The position numbers and the translations under genes were made by a program. 64,000 nucleotides of DNA from Alphaproteobacteria bacterium (lineage in GTDB: Bacteria; Pseudomonadota; Alphaproteobacteria; MPNO01): positions 2,592,001-2,656,000 of the forward strand of contig OZ219866.1 of NCBI GenBank assembly GCA_964291675.2, given 5' to 3'. Numbering within the stretch: position 1 is the first letter of the stretch; each line of letters begins with the position of its first letter. Below, in pieces: positions 47,968-58,426 of this stretch. The notes beneath the pieces are model-generated. The model was not told the DNA's origin. It did no database searches and saw only the letters and a list, made by a program, of their open reading frames with translations.

Positions 47968-49047
47968 ATGTCGCGGCAGCAGGCGACGACAGCGGACGAT
48001 TTCCTCGCCGAAGTGTATGGCGCGGCGCTCGATTTTCCGGGCTCCGCCGGGCAACCGGTCGTCCGGCCGAAGAAGCACCTCATCCAGGCGCATCACTGGA
48101 AAGCCGCCGAGATCGAGCGGCTGACCGAAAAGGCGGCGGGCATGGCGCTCGGCGAGCGGCGCATGCTGCGGCTTGCCAACCCCGGGACGCCGGGATGGAA
48201 ATACGCGACCCAGTCGCTCTCGGTTTCGGTCCAGCAGATCCTGCCCAACGAGATCGCCGTGCCGCACCGGCATACGGCAAACGCGATCCGTTTCTTCCTC
48301 AAGGGCAGCGGCGCTTACACGACGGTCGAGAACGACAAGTGCATCATGGAGCCCGGCGACCTGATCGTGACGCCGGGCGGCGAGTGGCACGACTATGGCG
48401 GAGAAGGCAACGAGGCCGGCGTGTGGCTCGATGCGCTCGACCTTCCGCTGGTGCAGTATCTCGACGCGATGGGCTGGCTCGAAACCGTGGGCGAATATGT
48501 CGGCTATCAGGTGTCGGACGAGACGCAGCTATCGGGATCGGCGGCGGGGCTTTCGGAGAAGCGCTACAGCGCGGCGGGGCTGAAGCCGGTTTGGGACAGC
48601 GGCGGCAGCTCGCACCGCGTGGGGCTCATCCACTACCGCTGGGCGGCGACCCATGAGGCGCTCTGCCGCCTCGCCGAGACCGAGGTCAGCCCGTTCGACG
48701 ACGTGATCCTCGAATACGTCAATCCGGCGACCGGCAAGTCGCTCTACCCCACCTTCGCCTGCTGCGTTCAGATGATCCGGCCCGGCGTGCGGACCCGGGC
48801 TCATCGGCACGCCAGCTGCGCGGTGTATTACGTCTTCCGGGGCGAGGGCCACAGCCTGGTGGGGGACCGGCGGTTCGATTGGGCCGAGGGCGACCTGTTC
48901 GTGGTCCCGAACTGGTTCTGGCACGAGCATGCCAATCCGAACGGCGAGCCTGCGATCCTGTTCTCGATCCACGACTTCCCGGCCATGAAGTCGCTCGGCA
49001 TCTACCGCGAGATGCCCCACCCCGACGGCCACCTCCCGCAGGCTTGA
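47968..49047 (+). CDS. gentisate 1,2-dioxygenase-like bicupin
   Basis: ERRMLRLANPG, HRHTANAIRF...WH, WLDALDLP, EYVNPATG, HRH...WHEH. Confidence 0.85.
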   Translation: MSRQQATTADDFLAEVYGAALDFPGSAGQPVVRPKKHLIQAHHWKAAEIERLTEKAAGMALGERRMLRLANPGTPGWKYATQSLSVSVQQILPNEIAVPHRHTANAIRFFLKGSGAYTTVENDKCIMEPGDLIVTPGGEWHDYGGEGNEAGVWLDALDLPLVQYLDAMGWLETVGEYVGYQVSDETQLSGSAAGLSEKRYSAAGLKPVWDSGGSSHRVGLIHYRWAATHEALCRLAETEVSPFDDVILEYVNPATGKSLYPTFACCVQMIRPGVRTRAHRHASCAVYYVFRGEGHSLVGDRRFDWAEGDLFVVPNWFWHEHANPNGEPAILFSIHDFPAMKSLGIYREMPHPDGHLPQA

Positions 49048-49078
49048 GACGCCAAAGAGCCGCCGAGCCCGGTCCCGC

Positions 49079-49492
49079 TCAGGCGGCGGCCGCTTCCATC
49101 TCCGCCTCCGTCAGCTCGCGGGTGCCGTACTCGGCCGGCGAGGTGATCTCCAGCATCTCCAGGTCGTCGGACCAGTCGACGACCGAGTGCTTGATCTCGG
49201 GCGGCAGCATGTGGACCGAGCCCGCCCTCAGCGTCTCCTCGCCGTGCCCCTCGTACCAGAACCTCACCCAGCCGCTGACCACGTAGACGATCAGGAAATC
49301 GATGTCGGTGTGAACATGGGCCTCGATCGGCGGCGGGCCGTCGCCGCCGCGGATCAGATGCGCGCCGTACTTGCCGCCGGTCGCCTCCTCGACGCCGAAA
49401 TGCCGGTAGACGAACTGATCGCGGATACCCTCTTTTCCGTAGGTTGCGCCATCGGCGTGGTCGATCACCAGCTTTTGCCTGAAATCCGACAT
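49079..49492 (-). CDS. cupin domain protein
   Basis: HVH...YVVSGWVRF.YEG...PPEIKH...LEITSPA. Confidence 0.8.
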   Translation of the reverse strand: MSDFRQKLVIDHADGATYGKEGIRDQFVYRHFGVEEATGGKYGAHLIRGGDGPPPIEAHVHTDIDFLIVYVVSGWVRFWYEGHGEETLRAGSVHMLPPEIKHSVVDWSDDLEMLEITSPAEYGTRELTEAEMEAAAA

Positions 49493-49556
49493 CGGACCCT
49501 CCGTTCCGTCTGGACGATGCGCCAGCCTATCGCGATTCGGGCGTGACGGTTAGCAG

Positions 49557-49901
49557 TCAAACCGCGGCCACCAGCATGATCTCGACCTGGGTGCCGGGCG
49601 TGAGCTCGACGCCCACCGCGGCCCGTGCGGGCAGGCAGGCGGGATCGAGCCAGGCCATCCAGACCTCGTTCATCGCGTCCTTCTGCGACAGGTCCGCCAT
49701 ATAGACCGTCGCCGAGAGAACGCGCGACTTGTCGCTGCCCGCTTCGGCGAGAAAGCCGTCGATCAACGCGAGCACCTGTTCCGTCTGGCCCTTGAGGTCG
49801 AGGGTCTTGTCCTCGGCGACGATGCCCGAAAGATAGGCCAGCCCGCCATGCACGACCGCGCGGGCGTTCCACGCGCCCGGCTTTATTCTGTCGATGGTCA
49901 T
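49557..49901 (-). CDS. RidA/YjgF-family protein
   Basis: YLSGIVA, MNEVW..W, PARAAV, VEIM. Confidence 0.88.
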   Translation of the reverse strand: MTIDRIKPGAWNARAVVHGGLAYLSGIVAEDKTLDLKGQTEQVLALIDGFLAEAGSDKSRVLSATVYMADLSQKDAMNEVWMAWLDPACLPARAAVGVELTPGTQVEIMLVAAV

Positions 49902-49945
49902 GAGTCGCTCCTCCTCGTTCGAATCGCGGCGCGGCCGTCATGCGC

Positions 49946-51034
49946 TCAGGGCGCGTACTCCTCGCCGCGGGCGCGGCGGGTCATGAACAGGTTCGAATCG
50001 AGCTCGGTCCCGAGCCCCCGCTCGCGGGCGATTTCCAGCACGCGCTTGCAGACCGAGGCGAACTGGATACCCATCCCGACATTGTTGGAATGCAGCGTGA
50101 TCTGGCTTGACGACGTGCGGCCGCGGGTCGCGCCGATGCACAGCTCGCCGAGCTCGTGGATATTGTCCCACGACGTGTAGCCGCGGCGGAGCGGCATCAG
50201 AATGTCCGCCTGCCGGTCCAGCTCCACCTGCTCGCGCAGATTGACCACGATCACCTCGGCGCGACGAACCGTCTCGTCGTCGATCTCGCGGCGGCCGTCG
50301 AACTTGCTGGCGCCCACCATGCTGATCACATGGGCGCCATCCGGCAGCCAGCGCCCGAATATCACCGGATCGGCCGAGTTGGTGGCGGCGACCACGATGT
50401 CGGACCCGGCGACCGCCTCCTCCGCCGTGCCCGCCGCCTGTGCGGTAACGCCCAGATCCTCCGACACGGAGCGGGCGAAACGCTCCCGGTTGGCCGCCGT
50501 GGGCGAGAACACCCTGATGCTGCGGATCGACGGGCGGACCGCGAGCAGCGCCTCGACCTGGGCGCGCGCCTGCTTGCCGGCGCCGAGCAGGCCCAGCGTG
50601 GCCGCGTCCTCCCGCGCCAGGTAGCGGGCCGCGAGCCCCGACGTGGCACCCACCCGAAGCGGCGAGACGGCGTGGTCGTGGACGATCCCCAGGAGCTCGC
50701 GGCTGGCGATGTCCCACACCAGAACGAAGCCCGAGAAATCCCCCGGGATGGTCTGGCGGGTGCCGGCACCCTCGCGGCGATAGGTCGTGTGCGCCGCGTT
50801 CAGACGGATCGCCGCCACGCCGTGGCAGGGCACGATGCCGGGAATCACATTGAGCCAGAACCAGGTGGGGTCCTCGTACTGGGTTTCCGGCACGTAGAGA
50901 CGCTGGCGCGGGACGATGCGGGCGCGGTTGGCGCCGAAGTCGCGATAGGCCTCCTCCATCAACCGGATCGCCTCGGCCATGCCGAGCAGGCCGGCCGCCT
51001 CCTCGTTGGTCAGAACGAGTACTCCGTCCGCCAT
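49946..51034 (-). CDS. ornithine cyclodeaminase/mu-crystallin family protein
   Basis: RVGATSGLAARYLAR, LLGAGKQA, ATNS, REID, GMGIQFA. Confidence 0.88.
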   Translation of the reverse strand: MADGVLVLTNEEAAGLLGMAEAIRLMEEAYRDFGANRARIVPRQRLYVPETQYEDPTWFWLNVIPGIVPCHGVAAIRLNAAHTTYRREGAGTRQTIPGDFSGFVLVWDIASRELLGIVHDHAVSPLRVGATSGLAARYLAREDAATLGLLGAGKQARAQVEALLAVRPSIRSIRVFSPTAANRERFARSVSEDLGVTAQAAGTAEEAVAGSDIVVAATNSADPVIFGRWLPDGAHVISMVGASKFDGRREIDDETVRRAEVIVVNLREQVELDRQADILMPLRRGYTSWDNIHELGELCIGATRGRTSSSQITLHSNNVGMGIQFASVCKRVLEIARERGLGTELDSNLFMTRRARGEEYAP

Positions 51035-51189
51035 GATCGCCTCGCTGGTTCAAAGCCGCGTCGAGCGCGGGGTCGTGGCCTCAACCCGTCTTCCAGGCCC
51101 CGGCGACCCGGGAATCGGGAGGCTTGTGCAGAGCGGGTGTCGTGCATTTGCGCCGTCGCGCCCCAGCCGATGGGCCCGTTCCCGCGTTT

Positions 51190-52173
51190 CTACTTGGCGA
51201 ACTTCTCCCGCAGCGCCTTCGCGTGCGGCGATCCGGTGGCCTCCAGGCGTTTCCAGACCTCGGCCGCCGCGTCGGCGACGAACGTCTTCGCCGGGCCGTC
51301 CTTGAGCCTGATCACCTTGAGCCCGGCCGCTTCGAGCGCCCGCTGCTCCTTGGTCACCGCGGCCTCCCAGAACCCGACGGCGGTCTTCTCATAGGCTGTC
51401 GTGGCGTCGGTCAGCGCCTTGCGCGCGCCGGCCGGCAGGGACTGCCACTTCTTCAGATTGACCAGCGTCACCCCGTCGGCTTGCAGGAAGGACGGGTCGA
51501 TCCGGTGATTGATGAATTTCTGCCAGCCGAGGTCGGTGATCGCAAGCGCCGGCCAGCCCATCCCGACGATCACGCCGCGCTCCAGCCCGGTATAGATGTC
51601 GGGCGCCCGCATGGCCACGTTGATGACGCCGATCTTCTTGAAGAAGTTGGTGTACATCGGCGCCGAGCGAAGCTTGAGCCCGCGCAGGTCGACGCCACCG
51701 TCCCCGGTCACCTTGGGCGGCCTGGTGAGAAAGACGTGAAACCCGAACCCGGCGATCGTCCAGCCGAGGAAATGCGCCTTCAGCTTCTCGCCGTAAATCC
51801 GGTCGAGCAGGTCGACGCCGCCGTTCCCGCGCGCCTCCCAGGGCGTGACGTTGCTGGCGCTCAGCGCATCCACCTCCGGGACCAGCCCGCGATGGAAGCT
51901 GGCCGGCGCCCAAAGCATGTCGACGATGCCGTTCCTGAGCGCGCCGGCCTGCTGCATCATCGGGATCGCCGCCGGTCCGCCGACCAGCTCGACCCTGTAC
52001 ACCCCCTTGCCGGCCTGGTTGAGGATGCGGATGTAGTTGAGGAACTCCTTGCCGAATATCTGCTGCGGCGGGAACGGATTTATCGCCCGGATCGTGACCT
52101 CCGCATGCGCCGCCGGCGCCATCGACGCCGAAGCCAGGAGACAGGCGGCGAGCATCATCGCTCTCTTGAACAT
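51190..52173 (-). CDS. dctP: TRAP transporter substrate-binding protein
   Basis: Signal peptide, DLRGLKLR, DIYTGLERGVI, VNLKKWQSLP. Confidence 0.85.
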   Translation of the reverse strand: MFKRAMMLAACLLASASMAPAAHAEVTIRAINPFPPQQIFGKEFLNYIRILNQAGKGVYRVELVGGPAAIPMMQQAGALRNGIVDMLWAPASFHRGLVPEVDALSASNVTPWEARGNGGVDLLDRIYGEKLKAHFLGWTIAGFGFHVFLTRPPKVTGDGGVDLRGLKLRSAPMYTNFFKKIGVINVAMRAPDIYTGLERGVIVGMGWPALAITDLGWQKFINHRIDPSFLQADGVTLVNLKKWQSLPAGARKALTDATTAYEKTAVGFWEAAVTKEQRALEAAGLKVIRLKDGPAKTFVADAAAEVWKRLEATGSPHAKALREKFAK

Positions 52174-52269
52174 GACTTTTCTCCCCCTGAAACGGATATG
52201 TTTTCCTTATTGCCTACAGCCTACGCGAGGGCCCCGTTTCGTCCTAGCCTTTCCCGGCACGGCGATCCG

Positions 52270-53583
52270 TCAGCCAATCGCGCCAGGCAGGAACAAGGCG
52301 ATATCGGGAAAGACGGCGAGGGCCAGCATCAGGACGAAAACGCAGAGGATATAGGGCACCGCCGCCCGCGCCACGTCGGGCAGGGTGGTGTCGCGCGGGC
52401 CGACGCCCAGCATGACGAAGAGCAGCAATCCGAAGGGCGGGGTAACGAGACCGACTTCGAGCCCGAGCAGGATGAACAGGCCGAACCAGACCATGTCGAG
52501 CCCGAACGACTGGGCGAGCGGGATGAACACCGGCAGGGTGATCAGCATCATCGACACCTGGTCCATGAACATGCCGAGAAACAGCAGGATCAGGAACATG
52601 AAGAAGAGCATCGCGTAGGGCGAGACGTCGAGGCCGGTGACCTGGCCCAGCAGACCGGGGGTGGCGCCGGAGAAGGTCAGGATCTGGCTGAAGGTCGACG
52701 AGCCGATGATGATCAGGAACACCATCGCGGTGACCCGCGTGGTCCCTTCGACCGCCCTGGTCAGGGCGTCCCAGGTGAAGCAGCGATAGACCAGGGCGAG
52801 CAGCAGCACCGAGATGACGCCGAAGGCCGAGGCCTCGGTCGGCGTCGCGACCCCGACGATGATCAGCCCGACGACGGCGAACACGACGACGCCCATCGGC
52901 AGAATGTTCGCCGCGACGAGCTTCGCCAGCTCGACTGCCGTCGGTCGCGAAACGTCATAGCCCGGCGCCGCTTCCGGGTCGCGCTTGACCTGGCAGAAGA
53001 TCACCACCACGTATGCCAGCGCGAGCAGCAGGCCGGGCACCAGCCCGGCGATCAGCAGCGCGCCGATGTCGATGCGCGCCAGGCTTCCGAGCAGCACCGC
53101 GAGGCTGGACGGCGGGATGATGATGGCGAGCCCGCCGGTGCCCAGGATCGGCCCGATCACCATGTGCTTCTTGTAGCCGCGGCTGGTCATCTCGGGGACC
53201 ATCAGCGAGCCCAGCATCGCGGTATTGGCCATGCTGGAGCCGGACAGCGCCGCAAACAGCGTGCCGCCCACCACGGTCAGGTAGGACAGCCGTCCCGGCA
53301 GCCGGCCGAAGCACTTGTCGAGCGCATCGAAGACCCGCAGCGCCATGCCGGTGTGGAAGAAGATCTCGCCCATCAGCAGGAACAGCGGCACCGGCACGAG
53401 GGCGAACGTCGTCACCGACTCGGTCGCATTCGCCACCAGCTGCTCGATCCCCACCATCCCGCCGAAGAACACGAAGACGCCGGCGACGTTGACCAGCAGG
53501 AACGCGAACGCCACGGGGATGCCGAGCATCATCAGCCCGACCACGGCACCCAGCAGCAGCGCGATCGTCTCGTACCAGATCAT
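52270..53583 (-). CDS. dctM: TRAP transporter large permease
   Basis: VPLFLLMGE, SGSSMA, IIIPPS, TPTEA, TPPFG. Confidence 0.9.
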   Translation of the reverse strand: MIWYETIALLLGAVVGLMMLGIPVAFAFLLVNVAGVFVFFGGMVGIEQLVANATESVTTFALVPVPLFLLMGEIFFHTGMALRVFDALDKCFGRLPGRLSYLTVVGGTLFAALSGSSMANTAMLGSLMVPEMTSRGYKKHMVIGPILGTGGLAIIIPPSSLAVLLGSLARIDIGALLIAGLVPGLLLALAYVVVIFCQVKRDPEAAPGYDVSRPTAVELAKLVAANILPMGVVVFAVVGLIIVGVATPTEASAFGVISVLLLALVYRCFTWDALTRAVEGTTRVTAMVFLIIIGSSTFSQILTFSGATPGLLGQVTGLDVSPYAMLFFMFLILLFLGMFMDQVSMMLITLPVFIPLAQSFGLDMVWFGLFILLGLEVGLVTPPFGLLLFVMLGVGPRDTTLPDVARAAVPYILCVFVLMLALAVFPDIALFLPGAIG

Positions 53584-53586
53584 CGG

Positions 53587-54135
53587 TCAGACGATGCCCC
53601 GCTGTTGCTCGTCGCCGCGATAGAGCGAGCCGCGGCCGAACAGGAGCACCAGGAATTCGATACCGATCAGCGTGAAGCCCATGCCGATCGAGGAGAACAG
53701 GATCCAGCGCGGCATGTCGATCGACCGGATATCGATCTCGCCGCCGAGAAAGCTCGCATAGCCGGTTTTGAAGCCGTAGGCGGCCAGCAGCAGGCTGACC
53801 GCGGCACAGCCCAGATAGATCGCGCGCTCCAGAACCCGCCTGAGCGTCGACGGCACCAGGTTGAAGAACGACGTCACCACCACGTGGCCGCGGCTTCTCA
53901 CCAGCCAGGGCGAGGCGAGCATGGCGACGAACAGGAGGCTGTATTCGCTCACGCCGCTGGTCGCTTGCGGCGGCTGCAGCCCGAAGGCCCGCAACACCAC
54001 GTCATAGGCGACCAGAGCCGCGATCCCGCACAGCATCGCGCCGGCCAATCGGGCAAGCCCGCGAAGCAGGACGACATAGGCACCTGCCAGCCGCGCCTTG
54101 CGCGAGGGAGGCTTACCGCGGGCGGTCGATGGCAT
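53587..54135 (-). CDS. dctQ: TRAP transporter small permease
   Basis: Four TM segments, DVVLR, SEY, GHVVV; precedes dctM. Confidence 0.8.
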   Translation of the reverse strand: MPSTARGKPPSRKARLAGAYVVLLRGLARLAGAMLCGIAALVAYDVVLRAFGLQPPQATSGVSEYSLLFVAMLASPWLVRSRGHVVVTSFFNLVPSTLRRVLERAIYLGCAAVSLLLAAYGFKTGYASFLGGEIDIRSIDMPRWILFSSIGMGFTLIGIEFLVLLFGRGSLYRGDEQQRGIV

Positions 54136-54554
54136 CTGCGTCTGCGCTACGCCGGAAGGGCTGGAACGCTATCCGGTGCGAACGCGGCTCCGCGCCATCC
54201 CCGGCGGGGTCGGGGCCGATCCCGGTGCTCTCGCGGCGACGCCCCGCCCGCGCCTGCGCGTGCCGGGCAACCGGTCTCACCAGGACAGCCACCAGCACCT
54301 CCCCGTGGCCGGACGGCGGCGCGCGGCCGGCTGCCGGTTCCCGATCGCTTCCTCTCGGGCGCCGCCGATCCGATCCAGACTACCGCAAAGCGGTCGGGGC
54401 GACATCATCTGGCCGTAGACTTGCGGATACCCCCCGCCGACCTCGCCGCGGGACACCCCGGACGCCTTCGACGGTGTCGACCGAAGCGCCCTGTTCTCGG
54501 GGATTGGAGAATTTCGCCCTCTGGCCGGGGCGGTCCCACGCCAAGCCGTGCGCG

Positions 54555-55316
54555 TCAGCGCGACCGCTCGCGGAAGCGGCGGCGGTAGCCGGGGTCGTAG
54601 AGCGCGCTCTCGCGGAAATCCTCGGCCGCCAGCACCGGGCCGACCAGGATCGTCGCCGTGCGTTCCATCGGCGATGCGGCGGCCAGCGCCTCGACGGTGC
54701 CCAGCGTCCCCTTGACCACCCGCTCCTCCGGCCAGCTCGCGCGGCAGACGATGGCGACCGGGCAGTCCGCGCCGTAATGGGGTTCGAGCTCCGCCACCAC
54801 GCGGTCGAGCGCCTGGATCGACAGATGGATCGCGAGCGTCGCGCCCGAGGCCGCGAAGGCCGCCAGGGTCTCGCGCGCCGGCATCTTCGAGGCGCGGCCG
54901 GGCGTCCGGGTCAGCACCAGGGATTGCGCGACCCCGGGCAAAGTGAGCTCGCGCCCGAGCGCCGCCGCCGCCGCCGCGAAGGCGGGCACCCCGGGCGTCA
55001 TGGTGTAGGGGATGCCGAGCCGGTCGAGACGGCGGAACTGCTCGCCCGCCGCGCTCCACACCGAGAGGTCCCCGGAATGCAGCCGGGCCACGTCCTTCCC
55101 GGCGTCGTGTGCGATGCGGATGCGCGCGACGATCCCGTCCAGGCTCATCGGCGCGGTGTCGACGATCTCCGCGTCCGCCGGGCAGTGGGCGAGGATGCCG
55201 GGATGGACCAGCGAGCCGGCGTAGAGGCAGACCGGGCAGCGTCCCAGCAGGTCGCGGCCGCGCAGCGTGATCAAATCCGGCGCGCCGGGCCCGGCGCCGA
55301 TGAAATGGACCGTCAT
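54555..55316 (-). CDS. cobM: precorrin-4 C11-methyltransferase
   Basis: [36 protein letters not shown]. Confidence 0.93.
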   Translation of the reverse strand: MTVHFIGAGPGAPDLITLRGRDLLGRCPVCLYAGSLVHPGILAHCPADAEIVDTAPMSLDGIVARIRIAHDAGKDVARLHSGDLSVWSAAGEQFRRLDRLGIPYTMTPGVPAFAAAAAALGRELTLPGVAQSLVLTRTPGRASKMPARETLAAFAASGATLAIHLSIQALDRVVAELEPHYGADCPVAIVCRASWPEERVVKGTLGTVEALAAASPMERTATILVGPVLAAEDFRESALYDPGYRRRFRERSR

Positions 55317-55696
55317 GCGCCCTCCCCCCGCGCCACCGCGCAGGTCACCCCGCCCAGCGCGATCCGCGCCAGCACCAGCACCGGGTTGCGCCCGCAGGCG
55401 GCGAGCGCCGCGGCCTCGGCCACCGCGCCGAGCCCGGTCGCGCGCTCTGCCGCCGCCGTTCTTGTGGCGCAGAGCTGCTGCACCGCTTCGAGGCGGGACC
55501 GCGCGACGAGGCGGAGCGGCAGGCCGAGCGCCGCCGCCGCCGCCGCGATCCCTGCCTCGTCCGCCTTGAATTCGGGGGCGGCCAGCGCGTCGATGCGATC
55601 GGCGGGGAGGCCGGTGCGCGCCAGCGCCTCGCCGATTGCGGCGCCGATGCGCTCCGCCGGGGAGCCGCGGCGGCAGCCGATGCCGACCACGATCAC
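55313..55696 (-). CDS. cobE: cobalamin biosynthesis protein CobE (CbiG C-terminal domain)
   Basis: [27 protein letters not shown]; GTGA overlap. Confidence 0.85.
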   Translation of the reverse strand: MIVVGIGCRRGSPAERIGAAIGEALARTGLPADRIDALAAPEFKADEAGIAAAAAALGLPLRLVARSRLEAVQQLCATRTAAAERATGLGAVAEAAALAACGRNPVLVLARIALGGVTCAVARGEGA

Positions 55697-56943
55697 GGTT
55701 TTACCGCCCTGAGCTGGGTCACCGTCAGCGCCGGGCGGAACCCCTGCATGCCGCCGATCCGGTCCAGCCGCTCCACCGAGAGCCGGGTGAGGGTGCCGCC
55801 GGTCTCGTGCGCGAACGCGCCGAGCGCGAGCTCGCCCTCCAGCGTCACGCCGTTGGCCACCAGCCTGCCGCCCGGCGGCAGCGCCCGCCACGCCGCCTCC
55901 AGCAAACCCGCCGCGATCCCGCCGCCGACGAACGCCGCATCCGGCGGCGGCAGCCCGGCGAGCGCCGCCGGCGCCTCGCCCGCGACGATGTCGAGATGCG
56001 GCACGCCGAGGGCGGCGGCGTTCCTCCGCGCCCGCGCCGCGCGGTCCGCGCGCCGCTCGACCGCCACCGCTCGGTTGGCCCTGTGGGCGAGCAGCCACTC
56101 GATGGCGACCGAGCCCGAGCCCGCGCCGATATCCCACAACAGCTCGCCTGCGCGGGGCGCGAGGCTGGAGAGCGTCACCGCCCGGATCTCGCGCTTGGTC
56201 AGCATGCCGTCGGTCTCGAACAGCGCGTCCGGCAGCCCGGCGCCGAGCGGCACCACGCGCGCCCCGGGCGCCGCCGCGACGGTTATCGCCAGCGTGTTGA
56301 GCCGCCCCGCATCGGCGATGTCGAAATCCGCCGCGCGGCATTCGCGCACCCGTTCCGAGGGCCCGCCGAGCGATTCGAGGATCGCGATCCGGCTCTCGCC
56401 GAACCCGTTCGCGGTCAATAGTTGCGCAACGGATCGCGGCGTCGTCTCGTCGGCCGAGAGCACCAGCAGCCGGCGCCCGGGCTGGAGGCGGGGGACCAGG
56501 GTTTCCACCGGATGGCCGCAGAGCGAGACCAGCGCCGCATCCTGCACCGCCCAGCCCATCCGCCCCGCCGCGAGGGCGAAAGAGGAAGGTGCCGGGTGGA
56601 CCGCCATCTCGTCCGCCGGGACGGTCTCGGCCAGCACCGAGCCGATGCCGTGGTGGAACGGATCGCCCGAGGCGAGCACCGCGACCGGCGTGCCGCGCAG
56701 CGCCGCGATGCGGGGGATGGCGTCGCGGATGGGGCTGGGCCAGGCGACCGCCTCGCCCCCTATCGTCCCTTCGAGCAGCCGCAGATGGCGGCGCCCGCCG
56801 AACACCGCCCCGGCACCGGCGACGGCCTTGAGGGCGGCCGGCGACAATCCCTCGACGCCGTCCTCGCCGACCCCGATAATCGCGAGCCAGCGCCCGACGG
56901 GGGCGGCTTCATCGAACGACGGAAGAGAGCCAGGGGCTGTCAC
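55693..56943 (-). CDS. cobL: precorrin-6Y C5,15-methyltransferase (decarboxylating)
   Basis: [37 protein letters not shown]. Confidence 0.92.
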   Translation of the reverse strand: MTAPGSLPSFDEAAPVGRWLAIIGVGEDGVEGLSPAALKAVAGAGAVFGGRRHLRLLEGTIGGEAVAWPSPIRDAIPRIAALRGTPVAVLASGDPFHHGIGSVLAETVPADEMAVHPAPSSFALAAGRMGWAVQDAALVSLCGHPVETLVPRLQPGRRLLVLSADETTPRSVAQLLTANGFGESRIAILESLGGPSERVRECRAADFDIADAGRLNTLAITVAAAPGARVVPLGAGLPDALFETDGMLTKREIRAVTLSSLAPRAGELLWDIGAGSGSVAIEWLLAHRANRAVAVERRADRAARARRNAAALGVPHLDIVAGEAPAALAGLPPPDAAFVGGGIAAGLLEAAWRALPPGGRLVANGVTLEGELALGAFAHETGGTLTRLSVERLDRIGGMQGFRPALTVTQLRAVKP

Positions 56944-56957
56944 GGCCAAGAATCCTC

Positions 56958-57704
56958 TTGCTCGGCGGGACCGCCGAGGCCGGCGCGCTCGCCCGGCGGA
57001 TCGCGGATGACGGGCGGTTCGAGGGAACCCTGTCGCTCGCCGGCGCGACGCGCGCCCCCGCGGCCTCGCCGCTCGCGACCCGGATCGGCGGTTTCGGCGG
57101 GGCGGACGGGCTCGCCCGCTATCTCGGCGCCAACCGCATCGACGCGCTGCTCGACGCGACCCATCCCTTCGCCACCGGGATTTCCGCCAACGCCGCCGCC
57201 GCGGCTTCCGCCGTCGGGGTGCCCTGGCTCGCCATCCTGCGTCCGCCCTGGCGCGAGGCGGCGGGCGATCGCTGGATCCGGGTGCCGGATATCGGGGCCG
57301 CGGCGCGAGCGCTGGGAGACCGGCCGCGCCGCGTGTTCCTGACCATCGGCCGCAAGGACCTCGCGCCGTTCCGCGGCACCCCGCATGCCTACCTGGTCCG
57401 CAGCGTGGATCCACCGCCGCCCGACGACCTGCCGGACGGGGCGATCGCGATCGCGGCGCGCGGCCCCTTCTCGGTCGACCACGAAGAGCGCCTGCTGCAA
57501 CGGCACCGGATCGACGTGCTGGTCACCAAGAACTCCGGCGGGGAGGCGACCGCGGCCAAGCTCGCCGCCGCGAGAAGGCTGGGGATTCCGGTCGTCATGG
57601 TGGACCGCCCGCCCGCCTTGGGCCCGGCGGTGGAGACGGTCGACGAGGCGTGGGAGTGGCTGGTGGCGCGTCATGCCGGGACCGCCGCCCTGCGCGGCGT
57701 GTAG
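56958..57704 (+). CDS. cobK: precorrin-6A reductase
   Basis: LGGTAEA, GGFGG, DATHPFA, RGPF, VTKNSGG; true start may lie ~21 nt upstream. Confidence 0.9.
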   Translation: MLGGTAEAGALARRIADDGRFEGTLSLAGATRAPAASPLATRIGGFGGADGLARYLGANRIDALLDATHPFATGISANAAAAASAVGVPWLAILRPPWREAAGDRWIRVPDIGAAARALGDRPRRVFLTIGRKDLAPFRGTPHAYLVRSVDPPPPDDLPDGAIAIAARGPFSVDHEERLLQRHRIDVLVTKNSGGEATAAKLAAARRLGIPVVMVDRPPALGPAVETVDEAWEWLVARHAGTAALRGV

Positions 57705-58426
57705 ACCCAGGCGCCGCCGCCCGCCCGCGGAACGCTGCGCGTCGCGCTCGATCCCACGATGACCAGGGTGCGCATGTCGGCCATCTCCGCCCGGGCCTCG
57801 GCGAGCTTTACGACGGCGATCTCCTCGTCCGGCCGGCTGACCGCGGTCGCGAACACCACCGGCGTGTCGCCCGCGCGCAGGCCGCGCAGCAGCGCCAGCG
57901 CCTCGCCGAGCTGCCAGGGCCGCGCCCGCGAGGCCGGGTTGTAGAGGGCGATCACGAAATCGGCCTCCGCCGCGGCGCGCAGCCGCGCGAGCACGGTCTT
58001 CCACGGCTTGAGGTTGTCGGACAGCGAGATGGCGCAGAAATCGTGGCCGAGCGGCGCGCCGATGCGCGCGGCGGCGGCGGTCATCGCGGTCACGCCGGGG
58101 ACCACCTCGATCTCGACATCCGCGCCGCCCGCCTCTTCCAGCGCCTCGAACAGGGTCGCCGCCATGGCGAACACCCCGGCATCGCCCGACGAGACCAGGG
58201 CGACGGTCTCTCCCGCCCCGGCGAGCCGCAGCGCGTGACGCGCGCGCTCCAGCTCCTCGCGGTTGTCGGAGGGGTGGACGGTCTGGTCCTTGCGCGCCGC
58301 GAGGCGGGCGAGATAGGGGCCGTAGCCCACCAGGTGCCGTGCCGCACCCAGCGCGTCCGCCGCCGCCGGCGTCAGATGGCGCGCATCGCCCGGCCCCAGC
58401 CCGACCACATGGACGCGCCCGCTCAC
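57671..58426 (-). CDS. cobJ: precorrin-3B C17-methyltransferase
   Basis: VVGLGPG, VSSGDAGVFAM, GHDFCAISLSD, LYNP, YTPR. Confidence 0.93.
   Translation of the reverse strand: MSGRVHVVGLGPGDARHLTPAAADALGAARHLVGYGPYLARLAARKDQTVHPSDNREELERARHALRLAGAGETVALVSSGDAGVFAMAATLFEALEEAGGADVEIEVVPGVTAMTAAAARIGAPLGHDFCAISLSDNLKPWKTVLARLRAAAEADFVIALYNPASRARPWQLGEALALLRGLRAGDTPVVFATAVSRPDEEIAVVKLAEARAEMADMRTLVIVGSSATRSVPRAGGGAWVYTPRRAAVPA

Noticed and set aside
54136-54554. Remnant of cbiD or an inversion breakpoint repeat downstream of cobM
   Set aside because: No convincing match to 33540-33650 by eye
56937-57704. cobK on the opposite strand overlapping cobJ and abutting cobL
   Set aside because: Common arrangement in alphaproteobacterial cob clusters; not novel
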